A DNA stretch of 64,000 nucleotides from Candidatus Woesebacteria bacterium RBG_13_46_13 (GCA_001791995.1 MGFR01000001.1:177148-241147); one strand, 5' to 3'; shown: positions 1-9,793, numbered from the stretch's first letter. Numbers and translations: made by a program. Notes: generated by a model not told the origin, from the letters alone.

Positions 1-2
1 TC

Positions 3-1358
3 TACGGAGTTCTGGCTCCGGGTTTTTCGCTGGAGCACAGAAGCCAGATAGTCGGGCTGACCAGAATACTTTTCGCCGCACAAGGGTTCTTTGTGGTCAG
101 TTATGTCTTGACGGCTGTTCTTGAGTCTTCGAGAAGATTTTTGATTCCGGCCATTGCGCCTCTTTTTTACAATATCGGAATAATTGCGGGCACCGCTCTT
201 TTCTCTCCGAGCATGCACCTTCTTGGGCCAACCTTGGGTGTGGTCATCGGTGCGGGAGCCCATTTTTTGATACAACTGCCCCTGGCCATGAAATTGGGTT
301 TTAGGTTTAAGCCAAAGATAAATATCACCGATGAGGTGAAAAAGATAGGCAAGCTGGCGCTACCCAGGATTATCGAAGTATCGTTCTTGCAGGTGGCCAA
401 AAGCGTGGAGCTATTTTTGGCTTCTTTGATATCGACCGCTTCCTATACCTATTTTACGTTTGGAAACTCTCTGCAGCTATTACCTGTGGGCCTTTTCGGA
501 ACATCCATTGCCAAGGCTGCTCTGCCGACCCTGGCCCGGCAGGCGGATTCCAAAATTGAATTCAGGAGAACACTTTTTGCCGCACTTTATCAGGTGGCTT
601 TCTTGGTTTTTCCGGTGGCCACGGCCCTAGTAGTTTTAAGGATACCCATCGTGAGACTGGTTTTCGGGACCGATATTTTCGGTTGGGAAGCAACCGTGCA
701 AACAGGAATGGTGGTTTCAGCTTTCGCTTTCGGTGTGTTTTTCCAGGCCGCGGCGTCACTTCTGGCCAGAGGTTTTTATGCCCTTCATGACACCAAAACC
801 CCGGTAATTATCTCGGTGACCGCGATAGCCTTAAATATTTTGGGCGATTTTATCCTGATCAGAAAGTTTGGTTTCCCGGCCTGGGGATTGGCGGCCGCAT
901 TCTCTTTCGGGGCGTTTTTTCAAACAACCCTGCTTTTTTTCTTCCTGAACAGAAAAATAGGAGACGGCACCAATTTTAAAACCATTTTCCCGATTCTCAA
1001 GGCGGTGGTTGCGTCTTTGGGTTCAGGGATGGTGATGTATTTTCTGCTGAAGTTTTTTGACAGGTCGGTCTGGATCAAAAGACTTTCTTTCTTGGGAAAA
1101 CTTGAAGGAACAAGGGGCATTGCTTTCGAGAAATTTGTACTCGATACCCGCTACACGGCAAACTTGCTGATACTGACTGTTTTTGTCAGCCTGGTGGGGG
1201 CCTTGGTCTATCTGGGGCTTTCGTTAATTTTTAAGTCCAAAGAGCTTCATTATTTCCTGCGTCTTATCAGGAAGGTGGTTGTGGGCAGAAAAGTGGAACC
1301 AATTCCTGCCAAGGAAACCGAATCGGTGACACCCCCACCGACGGATACGGCAGTCTAG
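3..1358 (+). CDS. murJ: Lipid II flippase MurJ/MviN (5' end outside window)
   Basis: Frame open from position 3 (YGVLAPGFS...); multi-TM protein with PAIAPLFYNIGII, LLPVGLFGTSIAKAALP and RGFYALHDTKTPV motifs. Confidence 0.93.
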   Translation, partial: YGVLAPGFSLEHRSQIVGLTRILFAAQGFFVVSYVLTAVLESSRRFLIPAIAPLFYNIGIIAGTALFSPSMHLLGPTLGVVIGAGAHFLIQLPLAMKLGFRFKPKINITDEVKKIGKLALPRIIEVSFLQVAKSVELFLASLISTASYTYFTFGNSLQLLPVGLFGTSIAKAALPTLARQADSKIEFRRTLFAALYQVAFLVFPVATALVVLRIPIVRLVFGTDIFGWEATVQTGMVVSAFAFGVFFQAAASLLARGFYALHDTKTPVIISVTAIALNILGDFILIRKFGFPAWGLAAAFSFGAFFQTTLLFFFLNRKIGDGTNFKTIFPILKAVVASLGSGMVMYFLLKFFDRSVWIKRLSFLGKLEGTRGIAFEKFVLDTRYTANLLILTVFVSLVGALVYLGLSLIFKSKELHYFLRLIRKVVVGRKVEPIPAKETESVTPPPTDTAV

Positions 1359-1364
1359 CGGGTC

Positions 1365-1409
1365 TTGACAGACATTAGCACTCATGTTAATCTTCTGCTA
1401 AATTAGAAT
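1365..1409 (+). promoter_or_regulatory. Sigma70-type promoter overlapped by a degenerate CIRCE operator
   Basis: TTGACA 1365-1370, 17 nt, TGnTAATCT ending 1393; TTAGCACTC-N9-TTCTGCTAA at 1375-1401 (consensus TTAGCACTC-N9-GAGTGCTAA) directly upstream of hrcA; alternative -10 TAGAAT 1404-1409. Confidence 0.85.
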
Positions 1410-1413
1410 TGCC

Positions 1414-2142
1414 ATGATGGAACCGCTTTCCGCCAGACAAACACAAATTCTCAAAGCCCTCATCGATGAATATATCGAAACCGCCGAACCGGTAGGATCG
1501 GAAAACTTGGACAAGAAATACAATCTCGGAGTTTCCCCGGCAACGATAAGAAACGAGATGGGTACCCTAACCAAAATCGGATACCTAAAACAGCCCCATA
1601 CCTCCGCAGGCCGTGTGCCGACCCCTACCGCCATGAAGTTTTTCATCGACCAGCTGATGGAAGAAAAACAGATGAGTCTTGCTGACGAGGTCAAGGCTAA
1701 AGAAGAGGTTTGGGATGCCAAAGACGATATCGATGAACTTTTAACGGAAGCAACGCACGCTTTGGCGGAAAGAACCAGAAGCTTAACCGTTGCCGCCACC
1801 GACGAAGGCAAGGTTTGGCTTTCCGGATATTCCAATATCTTTACCAATCCCGAATTCGCCGATTTGCACACCTGCGCAAATCTTTTCAATTTTCTGGAAG
1901 AAGCCGAGAAAATTCATGAGCTTTTCTTCGAACGCCCTCTTTCGGGTAGCCCGATAGACGTTTTTTTTGGTGAAGAGCTGGGTTGGCCGGATCTTTCCCC
2001 CGTGGGGGTTATAGCCACCCATTTCAGCGCCAAAGGCAAAAACGGCGCACTCGGAATTATCGGGCCGGTCAGAATCAGCTATCCCACGGTAATTCCGGTA
2101 CTCAGGTATTTCAGAAATTTAATCGAGGAGGTAGCCGGATGA
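1414..2142 (+). CDS. hrcA: Heat-inducible transcription repressor HrcA (short form)
   Basis: EPVGS, VSPATIRNEM, PHTSAGRVPT and GALGIIGPVR motifs; heads the grpE-dnaK-dnaJ operon; start could be 1414 or 1417. Confidence 0.95.
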   Translation: MMEPLSARQTQILKALIDEYIETAEPVGSENLDKKYNLGVSPATIRNEMGTLTKIGYLKQPHTSAGRVPTPTAMKFFIDQLMEEKQMSLADEVKAKEEVWDAKDDIDELLTEATHALAERTRSLTVAATDEGKVWLSGYSNIFTNPEFADLHTCANLFNFLEEAEKIHELFFERPLSGSPIDVFFGEELGWPDLSPVGVIATHFSAKGKNGALGIIGPVRISYPTVIPVLRYFRNLIEEVAG

Positions 2143-2558
2143 AAAAGAACCCAGAGATTAATCTTAAAGCGCAACTTGCAAGAGCCCTGGCAGACTATGA
2201 TAATTTAGTTAAGAGGGTTGAAAGAGAAAAATACGAGTTTGAGAAGAAAGCCAATCTCAAGCTTGCAATCAGGTTGCTTCCGGTTTTAGATATATTAAAG
2301 CAAGCGCAGAGACACTTGGGGGATCCCGGAATTGCAATCACGATTGTCCAGTTCGAAGACGCTTTAAAAGCGGAGGGGATAGAGGAGATTAACGTTGCCC
2401 CTGGGGATAACTTTGATACCCAGTTGCACGAGGCGGTCGAAGTTGTCGAGGAAGGCAAAGGGAAAGGTAAAATCAAGGAAATTGTCATGACCGGCTGGAG
2501 ATTTAACGGGGGGTCCGTAATTAGGCACGCAAAGGTAAAAGTATCCAAGAAAGGATAA
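2139..2558 (+). CDS. grpE: Nucleotide exchange factor GrpE
   Basis: ATGA overlap with the hrcA stop; [17 protein letters not shown] and VIRHAKVKV motifs; start moved from the ORF track's 1983. Confidence 0.93.
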   Translation: MKKNPEINLKAQLARALADYDNLVKRVEREKYEFEKKANLKLAIRLLPVLDILKQAQRHLGDPGIAITIVQFEDALKAEGIEEINVAPGDNFDTQLHEAVEVVEEGKGKGKIKEIVMTGWRFNGGSVIRHAKVKVSKKG

Positions 2559-2563
2559 AAAAT

Positions 2564-4477
2564 ATGAGCAAAATAGTCGGAATTGATTTAGGAACCACGA
2601 ACAGTGTCGTTGCGGTCATGGAAGGTGGCCGTCCCAAGGTTATTCCGGCGGCTGATACGGGGAGAAATATTACTCCTTCGGTAGTCGAGCCTGTTAAAAA
2701 CCTGGTCGGCGACGTTGCCAAGAGACAGGTGATTTTAAATCCCAAAAACACAGTTTATTCGGTTAAACGACTTATGGGCCGCAGGGAATCGGATAAAGAG
2801 GTCGAAAGGACCAAGAAAATGGTTCCTTATGAGATTAAAGCAGGCAAGGACGGAATGGCCGTAATTTCGATTGAGGACAAAGAGTATTCTCCCCAGGAAA
2901 TCTCGGCCAGAATCCTGATGAAGCTTAAAAAGGACGCCGAAGCTTATCTGGGAGAGAAAGTGGAATCAGCGGTAATTACTGTCCCTGCGTATTTTGATGA
3001 TGCCCAGCGTCAGGCCACCAAACAAGCCGGTGAAATTGCGGGATTTAAGGTCGAAAGAATTATCAACGAACCCACGGCTGCCTCCCTGGCCTACGGACTG
3101 GATAAGAAAAGCACGGAAAAGATTGCCGTCTACGACTTGGGCGGGGGAACTTTCGACATCTCCGTTCTTGAACTCGGTGAGGGTGTTTTTGAAGTCAAGG
3201 CCACCAATGGGGATACCCACTTGGGCGGGGATGATTTCGACGAAAGGATAGTCGACTACATTGCGGAAGAGTTTAAGAAGGAGCACGCGGTTGATCTGAA
3301 GGCGGATACCCAGGCCTTGCAGAGAGTCAGAGATGCCTCCGAAAAGGCGAAAATAGAGCTATCTGCTGCCGAGGAGATTGAAATCAATCAGCCGTATATC
3401 ACCCAGAAAGACGGGCAGCCGCTTCACCTGACAATGAAGTTGACCCGGGCCAAGTTGGAAAGTTTGGTCGAGGATCTTGTGGAGGCAACAATGAAGCCGA
3501 CCGAGGCCTGTCTGAAAGACGCGAAGCTGGACCCCCACGATATTGACGAGGTGATATTGGTGGGAGGAATGACCAGAATGCCCAAAGTAATAGAGGCAGT
3601 CAAGGGATTTTTCGGTAAAGAGCCCAATAAGTCCGTCAATCCGGACGAGGTGGTTGCGGTTGGGGCAGCCATTCAGGCGGGGGTCCTGGGCGGGGAGGTC
3701 AAAGACATACTGCTCCTGGATGTGACCCCTTTGAGCTTGGCAATCGAAACTCTGGGTTCGGTTGCAACCCCCATGATTTCCAGAAACACTACGATTCCGA
3801 CCTCCAAGACGGAAATTTTCTCAACGGCGGCGGATAACCAGACCCAGGTTGAGATTCACATCACCCAAGGAGAGCGTCCTTTAAGTGCCGATAACAAAAG
3901 CCTGGGGCGCTTCGTCCTGGACGGGATCCCCCCGGCTCCCAGAGGTGTTCCCCAGATCGAGGTCACCTTTGATTTGGACGCTTCGGGTATCTTAACCGTT
4001 ACCGCCAAGGATAAAGCCACAGGCAAAACCCAGAACATCAAAATTACCGGTGCGGTGGGGCTGTCCGAAGACGAAGTCAAAAGAATGCAGGAAGAGGCGG
4101 AAAAACACAAAGAGGAAGATACCAAGAAGGCAGAAAAGATAACAGCCAAAAACCAGGCCGATTCATTGGTGGCCGCGGCAGAAAAAGCTCTTAAGGATGC
4201 CGGAGATAAGGCCCCCAAAGACGTTAAGGAAAAAGTGGAAGAAAAAATAAAAGCAGTTAAGGAGATTATGGCCAAAGAAGATTTTTCGAAAGACGAACTC
4301 GATGCGGCAACCAAGGATCTCTCGGATACTCTTTCCCAGATAGGTCAAGCGATGTACGGTTCGGGAGCCCAAGAAGCAAAGAAAGAAGAAGCCGGGGAGA
4401 AGTCAGAAGAAAAAGAGGAAAAAAAGGAAGAGAAGAAAAAAGAAGAAAAGGTTGAAGAAGGGGAAGTTGTAAACTAG
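2564..4477 (+). CDS. dnaK: Chaperone DnaK (Hsp70)
   Basis: [23 protein letters not shown] and LLDVTPLSL motifs. Confidence 0.99.
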   Translation: MSKIVGIDLGTTNSVVAVMEGGRPKVIPAADTGRNITPSVVEPVKNLVGDVAKRQVILNPKNTVYSVKRLMGRRESDKEVERTKKMVPYEIKAGKDGMAVISIEDKEYSPQEISARILMKLKKDAEAYLGEKVESAVITVPAYFDDAQRQATKQAGEIAGFKVERIINEPTAASLAYGLDKKSTEKIAVYDLGGGTFDISVLELGEGVFEVKATNGDTHLGGDDFDERIVDYIAEEFKKEHAVDLKADTQALQRVRDASEKAKIELSAAEEIEINQPYITQKDGQPLHLTMKLTRAKLESLVEDLVEATMKPTEACLKDAKLDPHDIDEVILVGGMTRMPKVIEAVKGFFGKEPNKSVNPDEVVAVGAAIQAGVLGGEVKDILLLDVTPLSLAIETLGSVATPMISRNTTIPTSKTEIFSTAADNQTQVEIHITQGERPLSADNKSLGRFVLDGIPPAPRGVPQIEVTFDLDASGILTVTAKDKATGKTQNIKITGAVGLSEDEVKRMQEEAEKHKEEDTKKAEKITAKNQADSLVAAAEKALKDAGDKAPKDVKEKVEEKIKAVKEIMAKEDFSKDELDAATKDLSDTLSQIGQAMYGSGAQEAKKEEAGEKSEEKEEKKEEKKKEEKVEEGEVVN

Positions 4478-4483
4478 TAATGA

Positions 4484-5371
4484 ATGGCCGCGAAATCCGA
4501 CTACTACGACATTCTGGGAGTCTCCAAAAGCGCCTCAGCTGAAGAAATAAAAAAAGCCTACCGGAAACAGGCCTTAGAGTGGCACCCCGATAGACACAAA
4601 GACGAGAAAGAAGCTGCGGAGCGGCGCTTCAAAGAAATAAACGAGGCTTACCAAATTTTATCCGATCCTCAGAAACGCTCGGCCTATGACCAGTTCGGAC
4701 ATTCTGCTTTTTCCCCGGGGGGCATGCCCGGTGGTTTCGGGGGAGGCGGAGGACCATTTGGTCAAACCGGCCGCTATGGACCCTTTACTTATACCTATAC
4801 GACCTCGGGTGGAGGCGGGGGCAATCCCTTTGCGGGATATGATTTCGGAGATCCGTTTGAAATCTTCGAGCAATTTTTCGGCGGGGGCAATCCCTTTCGC
4901 CAGGCAAGGCAAATTCCGCGCTACTCAATCAGCATCGATTTCATGGACGCGATAAAGGGGGTTGCCAAGGAGGTGGACATTGAAGGGAAAAAGCGCAAGA
5001 TTAAAATTCCCGCCGGAGTTGGGGAGGGTTCAAGAATCAACTTCGGAGATTTTATGCTCTCTATTAATATCAGGCCGCACGAGGTATTTGAAAGAGACGG
5101 AGACGATATCTACGTAAAAGTCGAAATTCCCTATTCGATGGCGGTTTTGGGAGGGGACGTCGACGTTCCCACGGTTTACGGAGATGTAAAAATTCGTATC
5201 CGTCCGGGAACCCAGTCGGGTACGATGGTTCGCCTGCGCGAAAGGGGCGCTCCCCGGGTTCACGGCCGGGGAAAAGGAGATGAGTATGTCAGGATCAATC
5301 TTCTGGTGCCCGACAAACCCACGCATAAGCAAAAAAAGATAATCGATGAAATGAAAGAGGAAGGGTTATAA
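4484..5371 (+). CDS. dnaJ: DnaJ co-chaperone lacking the zinc-finger region
   Basis: J domain with HPD, G/F-rich region, C-terminal domain; no CxxCxGxG repeats. Confidence 0.92.
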   Translation: MAAKSDYYDILGVSKSASAEEIKKAYRKQALEWHPDRHKDEKEAAERRFKEINEAYQILSDPQKRSAYDQFGHSAFSPGGMPGGFGGGGGPFGQTGRYGPFTYTYTTSGGGGGNPFAGYDFGDPFEIFEQFFGGGNPFRQARQIPRYSISIDFMDAIKGVAKEVDIEGKKRKIKIPAGVGEGSRINFGDFMLSINIRPHEVFERDGDDIYVKVEIPYSMAVLGGDVDVPTVYGDVKIRIRPGTQSGTMVRLRERGAPRVHGRGKGDEYVRINLLVPDKPTHKQKKIIDEMKEEGL

Positions 5372-5372
5372 C

Positions 5373-5936
5373 TTAAACGTATTTTATTGCCTTAAAAGGA
5401 AAAGTTTTTTGGTAAACGATTGCATCAAGGAGAAAGGTGGGGGCGACTCTTAAGTCTCCCTGTTTCCCCTCTTTAATAACCTGAAGATCCAATAGCTCCT
5501 GATAAGTGTAGGTTTTTCTGATGGAGCGCCAAGCTACTTCATTTAAAGTTGCCGCATGAACCAAACCGACTCTTTCTGGTCCGGTGAGTTTTCCTCCCAA
5601 GACACAAGCGCCGACATCGTGGGCCAAGTCGTCTAAGCTGAAAACTCGCTCGTGTTCGGTGCCGACAAATAGCCTGTTTCCCTGCCCAATCCTTACCGAG
5701 TTTTCTCTGGTCAGAAGATCGTTTTGTCCTCTGGCATTAACAAAGCTGGTTCCCAGCGGAACCTCCTGGGGGGTAAAACCCACATCTTTGGCTATTTCAT
5801 AGAAGGACTCAATAGAACGGTCGTGGTAGGCAGCTGATAAGCGATGTCCGTGTTGGGCAATTTTATCCCTGACGTTTTTTAAGCTATTTAATTCCCTTTG
5901 CTTGAGGGAAGGCTCGATTCCTTCTTTAATCTCCAT
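5373..5936 (-). CDS. Hypothetical protein (about 187 aa)
   Basis: Only long ORF filling the dnaJ-nusA gap; ATG at 5936 lies 7 nt after a minus-strand TAAAAT; the upstream in-frame extension to 6080 overlaps the nusA promoter and is unlikely. Confidence 0.7.
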   Translation of the reverse strand: MEIKEGIEPSLKQRELNSLKNVRDKIAQHGHRLSAAYHDRSIESFYEIAKDVGFTPQEVPLGTSFVNARGQNDLLTRENSVRIGQGNRLFVGTEHERVFSLDDLAHDVGACVLGGKLTGPERVGLVHAATLNEVAWRSIRKTYTYQELLDLQVIKEGKQGDLRVAPTFLLDAIVYQKTFPFKAIKYV

Positions 5937-5977
5937 TAAACTGATTTTATCGTTTTTGTTTTCGGAAAAGAAATAGA

Positions 5978-6057
5978 TTGACTTAAGGGAGCTTCCGGAG
6001 TAAACTTCAGGGTGGATTTGGATTTGAATGGTGGGATTTTTGCCCGCCATTTTTTTT
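5978..6057 (+). promoter_or_regulatory. nusA promoter and leader hairpin with U-tract (candidate attenuator)
   Basis: TTGACT 5978-5983, 17 nt, TAAACT 6001-6006; stem AATGGTGGG 6027-6035 / CCCGCCATT 6043-6051 followed by T6. Confidence 0.7.
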
Positions 6058-6067
6058 AGAAAGATAT

Positions 6068-7168
6068 ATGCAAACACCAAGAACTGAATTTGCCCAGGCT
6101 TTAAAAGCCATTGCCACCGAAAGGGGGCTTGACCCCAACGTTATTTTGGAAACGATTGAACAGGCGATAATTGCAGCTTACAGGAGGGATGCCAGAGAAC
6201 GCGGAGAAGATACGGAAGAAATGGATTTTGACGTTGAGATTAATTCAACCAACGGAGAAGCAAGAGTTTTTGCCTGGCCCCTGGAGAAGCCGGAAGAAAG
6301 AAAAGACGTTACGCCTCCGGGATTTGGTCGAATAGCGGCCCAGACCGCAAAACAGGTTATTCATCAGAAAATTCGCGAGGCGGAAAAAGGAGCGATTATG
6401 GATGAATTCTCGGGAAGAGTGGGAACGCTCATTTCTGGAATGGTATTAAGATTCGACGGACCGAATGTCAGGGTGGATATCGGCAGGACCGAGGCCCTAA
6501 TGCCTGCCGAGGAAAGAATCCCCAATGAAAGGCTCAATTTGAACCAAAGATTTTCTTTTCTTTTGAAGGATATTCAAGAAGGACTTAAAGGCAAAGAAAT
6601 AATCCTCTCAAGGGCAGACCCCCGCTTTGTAGAAAAGCTTTTTGCCAGGGAAGTTCCGGAAATTTCCTCAGGTAATGTTGTTATCAAGCAAATAGCCAGG
6701 GAAGCCGGAACCAGGACTAAAATAGCGGTCATCTCCAACCAATCCGGAGTTGATCCTGTGGGAAGCTGTGTCGGGCAAAAAGGTGTTAGAGTGCAGGCGG
6801 TGACCAATGAACTTGGCGGAGAAAGGGTTGATATTATTCCCTTCAGTGAAGACTCCTCGGAGCTTATCGCCTCTGCGCTTTCTCCGGCCGAGAATATCAG
6901 TGTGGAGCTTAATGAAGAAAGCAAAACCGCCAAGGTCAAGGCTCCCGAAGACCAACTCTCTTTGGCGATAGGCAAAGAGGGGCAAAATGTCAGGTTGGCC
7001 GCCAGACTTACGGGTTGGAGAATTGAAGTCGAATCTTCCGGAGTTAAAACCGAGGGAGAGGCTAAACCCAAAACCAAAGCGGTTGCCAAGAAGAAAACCA
7101 AAAAATCTGTAGCCAAAAAAGAAGAAAAGGTAAAGGAAGAACCGAAAAAAGCCGAGAAAAAGGAATGA
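6068..7168 (+). CDS. nusA: Transcription termination factor NusA
   Basis: FGRIAAQTAKQVI, AREAGTRTKIAV, DPVGSCVGQKG and SLAIGKEGQNVRLAARLTGW motifs. Confidence 0.98.
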   Translation: MQTPRTEFAQALKAIATERGLDPNVILETIEQAIIAAYRRDARERGEDTEEMDFDVEINSTNGEARVFAWPLEKPEERKDVTPPGFGRIAAQTAKQVIHQKIREAEKGAIMDEFSGRVGTLISGMVLRFDGPNVRVDIGRTEALMPAEERIPNERLNLNQRFSFLLKDIQEGLKGKEIILSRADPRFVEKLFAREVPEISSGNVVIKQIAREAGTRTKIAVISNQSGVDPVGSCVGQKGVRVQAVTNELGGERVDIIPFSEDSSELIASALSPAENISVELNEESKTAKVKAPEDQLSLAIGKEGQNVRLAARLTGWRIEVESSGVKTEGEAKPKTKAVAKKKTKKSVAKKEEKVKEEPKKAEKKE

Positions 7169-7198
7169 AAAGCTTTTTCTCTCAAAACAAATTAAATT

Positions 7199-8599
7199 AT
7201 GGAAAAAGGACACGAAAGACCTCCCATAGTCACAGTCTTGGGTCACGTTGACCACGGTAAGACTACCCTTCTTGATGCCATCAGAAAGACTAATGTTGCT
7301 TCGAAAGAAGCAGGCGGAATCACCCAGTCTATTGGAGCCTCGGTCATAACCACCAAAGATGGTAAAAGGATAACTTTTATCGATACCCCCGGGCATGCGG
7401 CCTTCAGCAAAATGCGCTCAAGGGGGGCGGATGTTGCCGATATTGCCATTTTGGTCGTCGCGGCGGAAGACGGAGTAAAACCGCAAACCATGGAGGCACT
7501 TCAATTGATTAAAGAAGCAAAAATTCCCTTGATCGTTGCCATCACCAAAATAGATTTATCCTCGGCCGATGTGGAGGGATCAACGGGGCAGATAGAGAAA
7601 CAGGGCATTCTTTTTGAAGGCAGGGGCGGCAGCACTTCTCTGGTAAAGGTATCCGGAAAAACCGGCCAGGGAATAGACGATTTGATAGAAACCATTAGCC
7701 TCTTATCCCAAGTCTCGGAGATTTCGGGAGACCCCAAGGCTCCCCTGGTCGGAGTGGTTATTGAAACCCAGAAAGACAAAAAAGGACCTCTGGTTTCGGC
7801 AATAATCCGTGAGGGCAGCCTAAAGGTAGGCGACGATATTTCGGCGGGAGACACCTCAACCAAAGTGCGTGGGCTCTTTGACGACAGGGGACTTCCTGTA
7901 AAAGAAGTTTTACCCGGAGAACCGGTGCAGATCTTGGGTTTTGGCGTACTTCCGGAAATCGGAGCCAAAATTGAGATTAATAAAAAAGAGCCCAGCGAGG
8001 AAGAGTATAAGAAAACGCTGCCCGTTGCGAAACTTAAAAAGGGAGAGCTGGGGGTTATTATCAAGGCGGAAAATGCCGGAGGCCTGGAGGCTGTTCTGGG
8101 CAATTTACCGCCGCGTATCGTAGTGGTAGATTCGGGTATTGGCGATATTTTCGAATCCGATATCTTGCTGGCCAAAGCCTCGGGAATAAAAAGGATTTTT
8201 GCCTTCGAGGTCAAGGCTTCCCCTAACGTAATCAAATTGGCTGACGCAGAAGGGGTAAGAGTTGAGAAGTTTGAAATTATCTACGAACTTTTTCAAAGAC
8301 TTCAGGAGCTTGTCCAAAAAGGAGACGTCGAAATATTGGGTAGGGCCGAAATTCTGGCGTCCTTCCCTTTCAACAACAGGAAGGTTGCCGGCGCTAGGGT
8401 AGTCAGCGGCAAGATAGCCAAAGTCGATACCCTGATTCTTACGCGGGGCGATAAAGAACTTGGCAAAATCAGGGCGATTTCTCTGAAAAAGCAGAAGCAG
8501 GAAATAGCAGAAGCCAAGGCGGGAGAGGAATTCGGTATGATTTTTGAGCCCCAGCTTGATTTTGCAATTGGCGATGTGATAGTATCCGTGCGCAAGTAA
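7199..8599 (+). CDS. infB: Translation initiation factor IF-2 (minimal form)
   Basis: [29 protein letters not shown] and DTPGHAAF motifs; follows nusA. Confidence 0.96.
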   Translation: MEKGHERPPIVTVLGHVDHGKTTLLDAIRKTNVASKEAGGITQSIGASVITTKDGKRITFIDTPGHAAFSKMRSRGADVADIAILVVAAEDGVKPQTMEALQLIKEAKIPLIVAITKIDLSSADVEGSTGQIEKQGILFEGRGGSTSLVKVSGKTGQGIDDLIETISLLSQVSEISGDPKAPLVGVVIETQKDKKGPLVSAIIREGSLKVGDDISAGDTSTKVRGLFDDRGLPVKEVLPGEPVQILGFGVLPEIGAKIEINKKEPSEEEYKKTLPVAKLKKGELGVIIKAENAGGLEAVLGNLPPRIVVVDSGIGDIFESDILLAKASGIKRIFAFEVKASPNVIKLADAEGVRVEKFEIIYELFQRLQELVQKGDVEILGRAEILASFPFNNRKVAGARVVSGKIAKVDTLILTRGDKELGKIRAISLKKQKQEIAEAKAGEEFGMIFEPQLDFAIGDVIVSVRK

Positions 8600-8605
8600 A
8601 ATCTT

Positions 8606-9436
8606 ATGGAAAATTCATTTGGCTCGATTATCAACTCAGCGAACTCTATCTTGATCCTTCTTCCCTTGAAGCCCTACTTCGACCAGGTCGCGGCAGCGCT
8701 TTCGCTTTATTTGGCCATCAAAGGCAAAAAGGAGGCAACTATAGTTTGCACCACACCCATGATAGTGGAGTTTAACCGCCTAGTCGGGGTGAATAAAATC
8801 TCGACCGAAGTCGGAAACAAGAATTTGGTTATCCGTTTTGCCGGCTATAAGGCCAGCGAAATTGAAAAAGTCAGTTACGATGTCGAAAACGGCGAATTTC
8901 GTCTGACCGTGGTACCCAAAGCGGGGTTTGTCTCTCCTAAAAAGGAGCAGGTTGACCTTGGCTATTCTGGAATTTCAGCGGACACCGTAATTTTGGTGGG
9001 TGGAGCGATGGAATCGCACTTCCCAACCCTTTCCCAGGAAATCGCAGGGGCCAAGATTTTGCATATAGGGACCAGAGCCCTATCTGGAAGCGCCGCGCTT
9101 TCCTTTGCCAGACCTGCTTCCTCCACATCGGAGCTGGTTGCCCAGCTTATCGCCGAGGCCGGCCTGACTCTCGATGCGGATATCGCTACCAATTTACTGA
9201 TGGGAATTGAGGAGGGTAGCCGTGAATTCAAAGGACAGGATGTTACCGCTGATACATTTCAGACGATTGCAACATTATTAAGAGCCGGTGGGAAAAGAGG
9301 CGGAGCCAGGCCGGAGAAAACCACATTCCCGGTCGGGGCCATTCCCGGAGAAGTTTTTCAGGAGCCGGAAAAGAAGGAAGAACCTCCTAAAGATTGGCTG
9401 GAACCGAAGATTTATAAAGGGACAAGCGTTAGCTAG
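8606..9436 (+). CDS. Degenerate DHH/NrnA-like protein
   Basis: N-terminal ILILLP...DQVAAALSL and ASSTSELV...DADIATNLLMGI resemble DHH phosphoesterases; catalytic DxD and DHH residues not seen. Confidence 0.6.
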   Translation: MENSFGSIINSANSILILLPLKPYFDQVAAALSLYLAIKGKKEATIVCTTPMIVEFNRLVGVNKISTEVGNKNLVIRFAGYKASEIEKVSYDVENGEFRLTVVPKAGFVSPKKEQVDLGYSGISADTVILVGGAMESHFPTLSQEIAGAKILHIGTRALSGSAALSFARPASSTSELVAQLIAEAGLTLDADIATNLLMGIEEGSREFKGQDVTADTFQTIATLLRAGGKRGGARPEKTTFPVGAIPGEVFQEPEKKEEPPKDWLEPKIYKGTSVS

Positions 9437-9438
9437 TT

Positions 9439-9523
9439 TTGCCTTTTGGAAATCCTTGTGTTAATATAACCCCGATGCTTACAAGGTTGTTCGATTAAAC
9501 GAACTACTTTGTTCGACACGACC
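9439..9523 (+). promoter_or_regulatory. rpsO promoter and structured 5' leader
   Basis: TTGCCT 9439-9444, 17 nt, TGnTAATAT ending 9467; hairpin ACAAGGT/ACTTTGT enclosing GTTCG/CGAAC (9481-9512). Confidence 0.55.
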
Positions 9524-9793
9524 ATGGCTCTAACACCAGACGAGAAAAAAGACATAATTAAAAAATTTGCCAGGGAGAAAGGCGATACAGGTTCCCCCGA
9601 AGTGCAGATAGCCCTATTAAGTCTCCAAATAGACAGGTTAACAGCCCACTTGAAAGAACACTCAAAAGATGTACACTCAAGACGAGGGCTACTGTCAATG
9701 GTAGCCAAAAGAAGAAGACTATTAACCTATCTTCGAAAACGGGATGAGGAGCGCTACAAAAAACTCATCGCAGATTTGAAGCTGGAGAAATAA
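9524..9793 (+). CDS. rpsO: 30S ribosomal protein S15
   Basis: [13 protein letters not shown] and [12 protein letters not shown] motifs; ATG at 9524. Confidence 0.98.
   Translation: MALTPDEKKDIIKKFAREKGDTGSPEVQIALLSLQIDRLTAHLKEHSKDVHSRRGLLSMVAKRRRLLTYLRKRDEERYKKLIADLKLEK

Noticed and set aside
1983-2138. Longer GrpE start given by the ORF track
   Set aside because: Lies inside hrcA; the ATGA overlap at 2139 with an upstream GGAGG gives a normal GrpE
4814-4897. 18-nt direct repeat GGCGGGGGCAATCCCTTT (4814-4831, 4880-4897)
   Set aside because: Only two copies, in frame within the DnaJ G/F region (GGNPF); not CRISPR or a mobile element
6574-8235. Long antisense ORFs over nusA/infB (similar ones over ftsK, rpoC, rpsC and rpoA/rplQ)
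   Set aside because: Shadow frames of strongly conserved + strand genes; Ser/Phe/Leu-rich with no motifs
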